Below are positions 62,277 to 64,000 of a stretch of DNA of 64,000 nucleotides, piece after piece. The stretch spans positions 9,378 through 73,377 of the forward strand of contig CACYCS010000004.1 in the NCBI GenBank assembly GCA_902773005.1, written 5' to 3'. Numbering within the stretch: position 1 is the first letter of the stretch; each line of letters starts with the position of its first letter. A program made the position numbers and the translations under genes. Origin of the DNA: an uncultured Erysipelotrichaceae bacterium (GTDB lineage Bacteria > Bacillota_I > Bacilli_A > RFN20 > CAG-826). The notes beneath the pieces were generated by a model that had not been told where the DNA came from, searched no databases, and worked only from the letters and a program-made list of their open reading frames with translations.

Positions 62277-63329
62277 ATGAAGGACTACCAGAATAACCCA
62301 TTTACCTTGTCTTTCGGCAACAAGCCAATCAAATACATCGCGAGGGTCAGCGAGAAAAGAGAGCTTATTGAAAACATAACGAACGACCCTCCGCTATCTC
62401 ATTATTATGTGATTACTGGCGTGCGTGGTTCAGGAAAAACAGTTCTTTTGACGTCGCTTTCCAAATATTTTGAGAATCTCGATGACTATGTTGTAGTTGA
62501 ATTGAATCCTTCGGACGATTTAAGAGAATCCCTTGCTGCCAAACTCTATTCTAAATGCCTTGTGAAGCGGCTGTTTGTAGAAAAGACGCTGAGCCTTTCC
62601 TTCACAGGCGTCACGTTCTCGCTTAGCGGTAAGAACCCTGTCTTTAATATCGATGATCTTTTGGACAGAATGTTCCAAGAGCTTGAGAAACAAAATAAAA
62701 AAGTGCTCGTTCTAATTGATGAAGCCACGAACAGTAATTACCTAAAACAATTTGCCTTATCGAGCCAAATCCTCATTAGACGAGATTATTCCTTATTCGT
62801 TGTTATGACTTGTCTATATGAGAACATCAGCGCAATTGAAAGCGAGAATAATCTGACCTTTTTAGCCAGAGCGCCTCGCGTTGTTGTTGCTCCTCTGAGC
62901 ATTCCGGCAATCGCGAATTCCTATTACGAGATATTCGATATCGATAATAATCAGGCAATCGAACTTGCAAAGCTCACCAAGGGATACGCTTTCGCTTTCC
63001 AGCTTCTTGGCTATCTTTTCTTTGAGAGCCACGATAAAGCAATTACAGCATCATTACTAAATGAGTTTGATCAGTACTTGGAAGAATTCGTATATCAACA
63101 AATATGGAAGGGTCTTTCACAAGTCGAAAAGAAAATACTCAAGAGCTTTGCTTCGGATGGACCGGTTCGAGTTTCAACAATTATGGAAAGTGCCGGGATG
63201 AAAAAGGAGTCCTTCTCAAAGTATAGAGACAGGTTGATAAAGAAAGGCATTGTATTCGCACCATCGCATGGCGAGCTTGCATTTACTTTGCCCCGTTTTG
63301 AAGTGTTTGTCTCAACGAGACTGTACTAA
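62277..63329 (+). CDS. AAA+ ATPase with C-terminal winged-helix domain
   Basis: NPFTLSFG, Walker A GVRGSGKT, Walker B VLVLIDEA, TKGYAFAFQLLG, wHTH-like FSKYRDRLIKKGIV. Alternative in-frame start at 62250. Confidence 0.88.
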   Translation: MKDYQNNPFTLSFGNKPIKYIARVSEKRELIENITNDPPLSHYYVITGVRGSGKTVLLTSLSKYFENLDDYVVVELNPSDDLRESLAAKLYSKCLVKRLFVEKTLSLSFTGVTFSLSGKNPVFNIDDLLDRMFQELEKQNKKVLVLIDEATNSNYLKQFALSSQILIRRDYSLFVVMTCLYENISAIESENNLTFLARAPRVVVAPLSIPAIANSYYEIFDIDNNQAIELAKLTKGYAFAFQLLGYLFFESHDKAITASLLNEFDQYLEEFVYQQIWKGLSQVEKKILKSFASDGPVRVSTIMESAGMKKESFSKYRDRLIKKGIVFAPSHGELAFTLPRFEVFVSTRLY

Positions 63330-63499
63330 AAAACGCCGAACTCGTCCGTCCAGCGCACTTCCTTTCTGCATCGGCAGATGGAATGTCATTATCATAATTG
63401 AATTTGGGAATTTGACAATAGGATTTCCAGCACCGACAGATAGATTTTCGGTCTGTTTATCGTCTGTGCCATAACGCTTTGCAGGGCTCGATCATAGAA

Positions 63500-63527
63500 T
63501 TGACTGTTCGCCCCCCAAACCTATAAT
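63500..63527 (+). promoter_or_regulatory. Sigma-A type promoter
   Basis: TTGACT-16 nt-TATAAT upstream of SD AGGAGG and ATG 63577. Confidence 0.75.
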
Positions 63528-63576
63528 AAAACAAACGGTTGCTTGCTTATGGGGTTGTAGGAGGCAATTTATCTTT

Positions 63577-64000
63577 ATGAAAAGGATTGCGATTTGTCTA
63601 ATTTCGAGTTGCTTTTTGGCTTCGTGCTCGACGCCAGTAACGATTTCAAGCTCGAACCCGACATCCATCTCAGCTGAAAAGGATATATCCATCACGATCT
63701 CGGTTGCTGACGAGGCTGAGCACAGACTTGCTAAGACCATGGTTTCCGATTTCATCGCTTCCAAAAACTATGGATTTGACGTTGAAGTGCAGTTTTTCCC
63801 TGCCTATGCCGAATCACACGGCAAGTCCGCCTTTGAAGAAGCTGACATTCTCTATGCTGACGTCGAGGCCATCTCAGCTAACATAGACGCAGGCATTGAA
63901 TTCGAACCGATCGATGCCAAAGCGTACCAAGACACTGAGTTCTATGCGGAATCTGAATTCAAGGAGGATGGGACATACTTTTGTTATCCTTTCTCAGTTG
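63577..64000 (+). CDS. Lipoprotein, possibly an extracellular solute-binding protein (3' truncated)
   Basis: MKRIAICLISSCFLASC lipobox; frame open to the window end (...ADILYAD...EDGTYFCYPFSV); absent from the supplied ORF track. Confidence 0.75.
   Translation, partial: MKRIAICLISSCFLASCSTPVTISSSNPTSISAEKDISITISVADEAEHRLAKTMVSDFIASKNYGFDVEVQFFPAYAESHGKSAFEEADILYADVEAISANIDAGIEFEPIDAKAYQDTEFYAESEFKEDGTYFCYPFSV

Noticed and set aside
63399-63409. TGAATTTGGGA shared with the cassette left end (18047-18057)
   Set aside because: Only 11 bp, the flanks differ, and I found no direct repeats around the AAA+ gene, so it is compatible with chance.
63330-63499. Possible sRNA or riboswitch between the ATPase and the lipoprotein gene
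   Set aside because: Only weak G-U-rich hairpins (63365-63378, 63430-63469), no recognisable family motif, and it lies upstream of the downstream gene's promoter.

Overview
Bacterial chromosomal window of about 50% GC (by eye), standard code 11. The gene order is Firmicutes/Bacilli-like (ygaC-like, tsaE-tsaB/rimI-tsaD, asnS, pcrA-ligA-gatCAB), so it is probably an uncultured gut or rumen Bacilli lineage (inference). About 55 CDS are present: two GH16 beta-glucanases, an esterase, an endonuclease I lipoprotein, a GH13, ABC and two-component genes, a dipeptidase, ruvX, a four-domain flavodiiron protein, a surface-polysaccharide cluster, ung, TPP riboswitch-thiT, galE, ugd, ldh and gpmA. I saw no rRNA, tRNA, CRISPR array, transposase or integrase. 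Five observations stand out. (1) A 2016-bp recombinase-less cassette carries one orphan 562-aa gene between exact 48-bp direct repeats, with hairpins at both junctions. (2) A 5x29-bp array with ten AGTATGAA boxes sits directly before an AAA+/wHTH gene and also reads as a chain of overlapping mini-ORFs. (3) A DUF3800-like gene and a Cys-rich partner lie behind a structured leader that can sequester the SD. (4) One GH16 lipoprotein has a triplicated, unassigned CBM-like domain. (5) Many genes have leaderless-type starts. All family calls come from motif recognition only; no searches were run.
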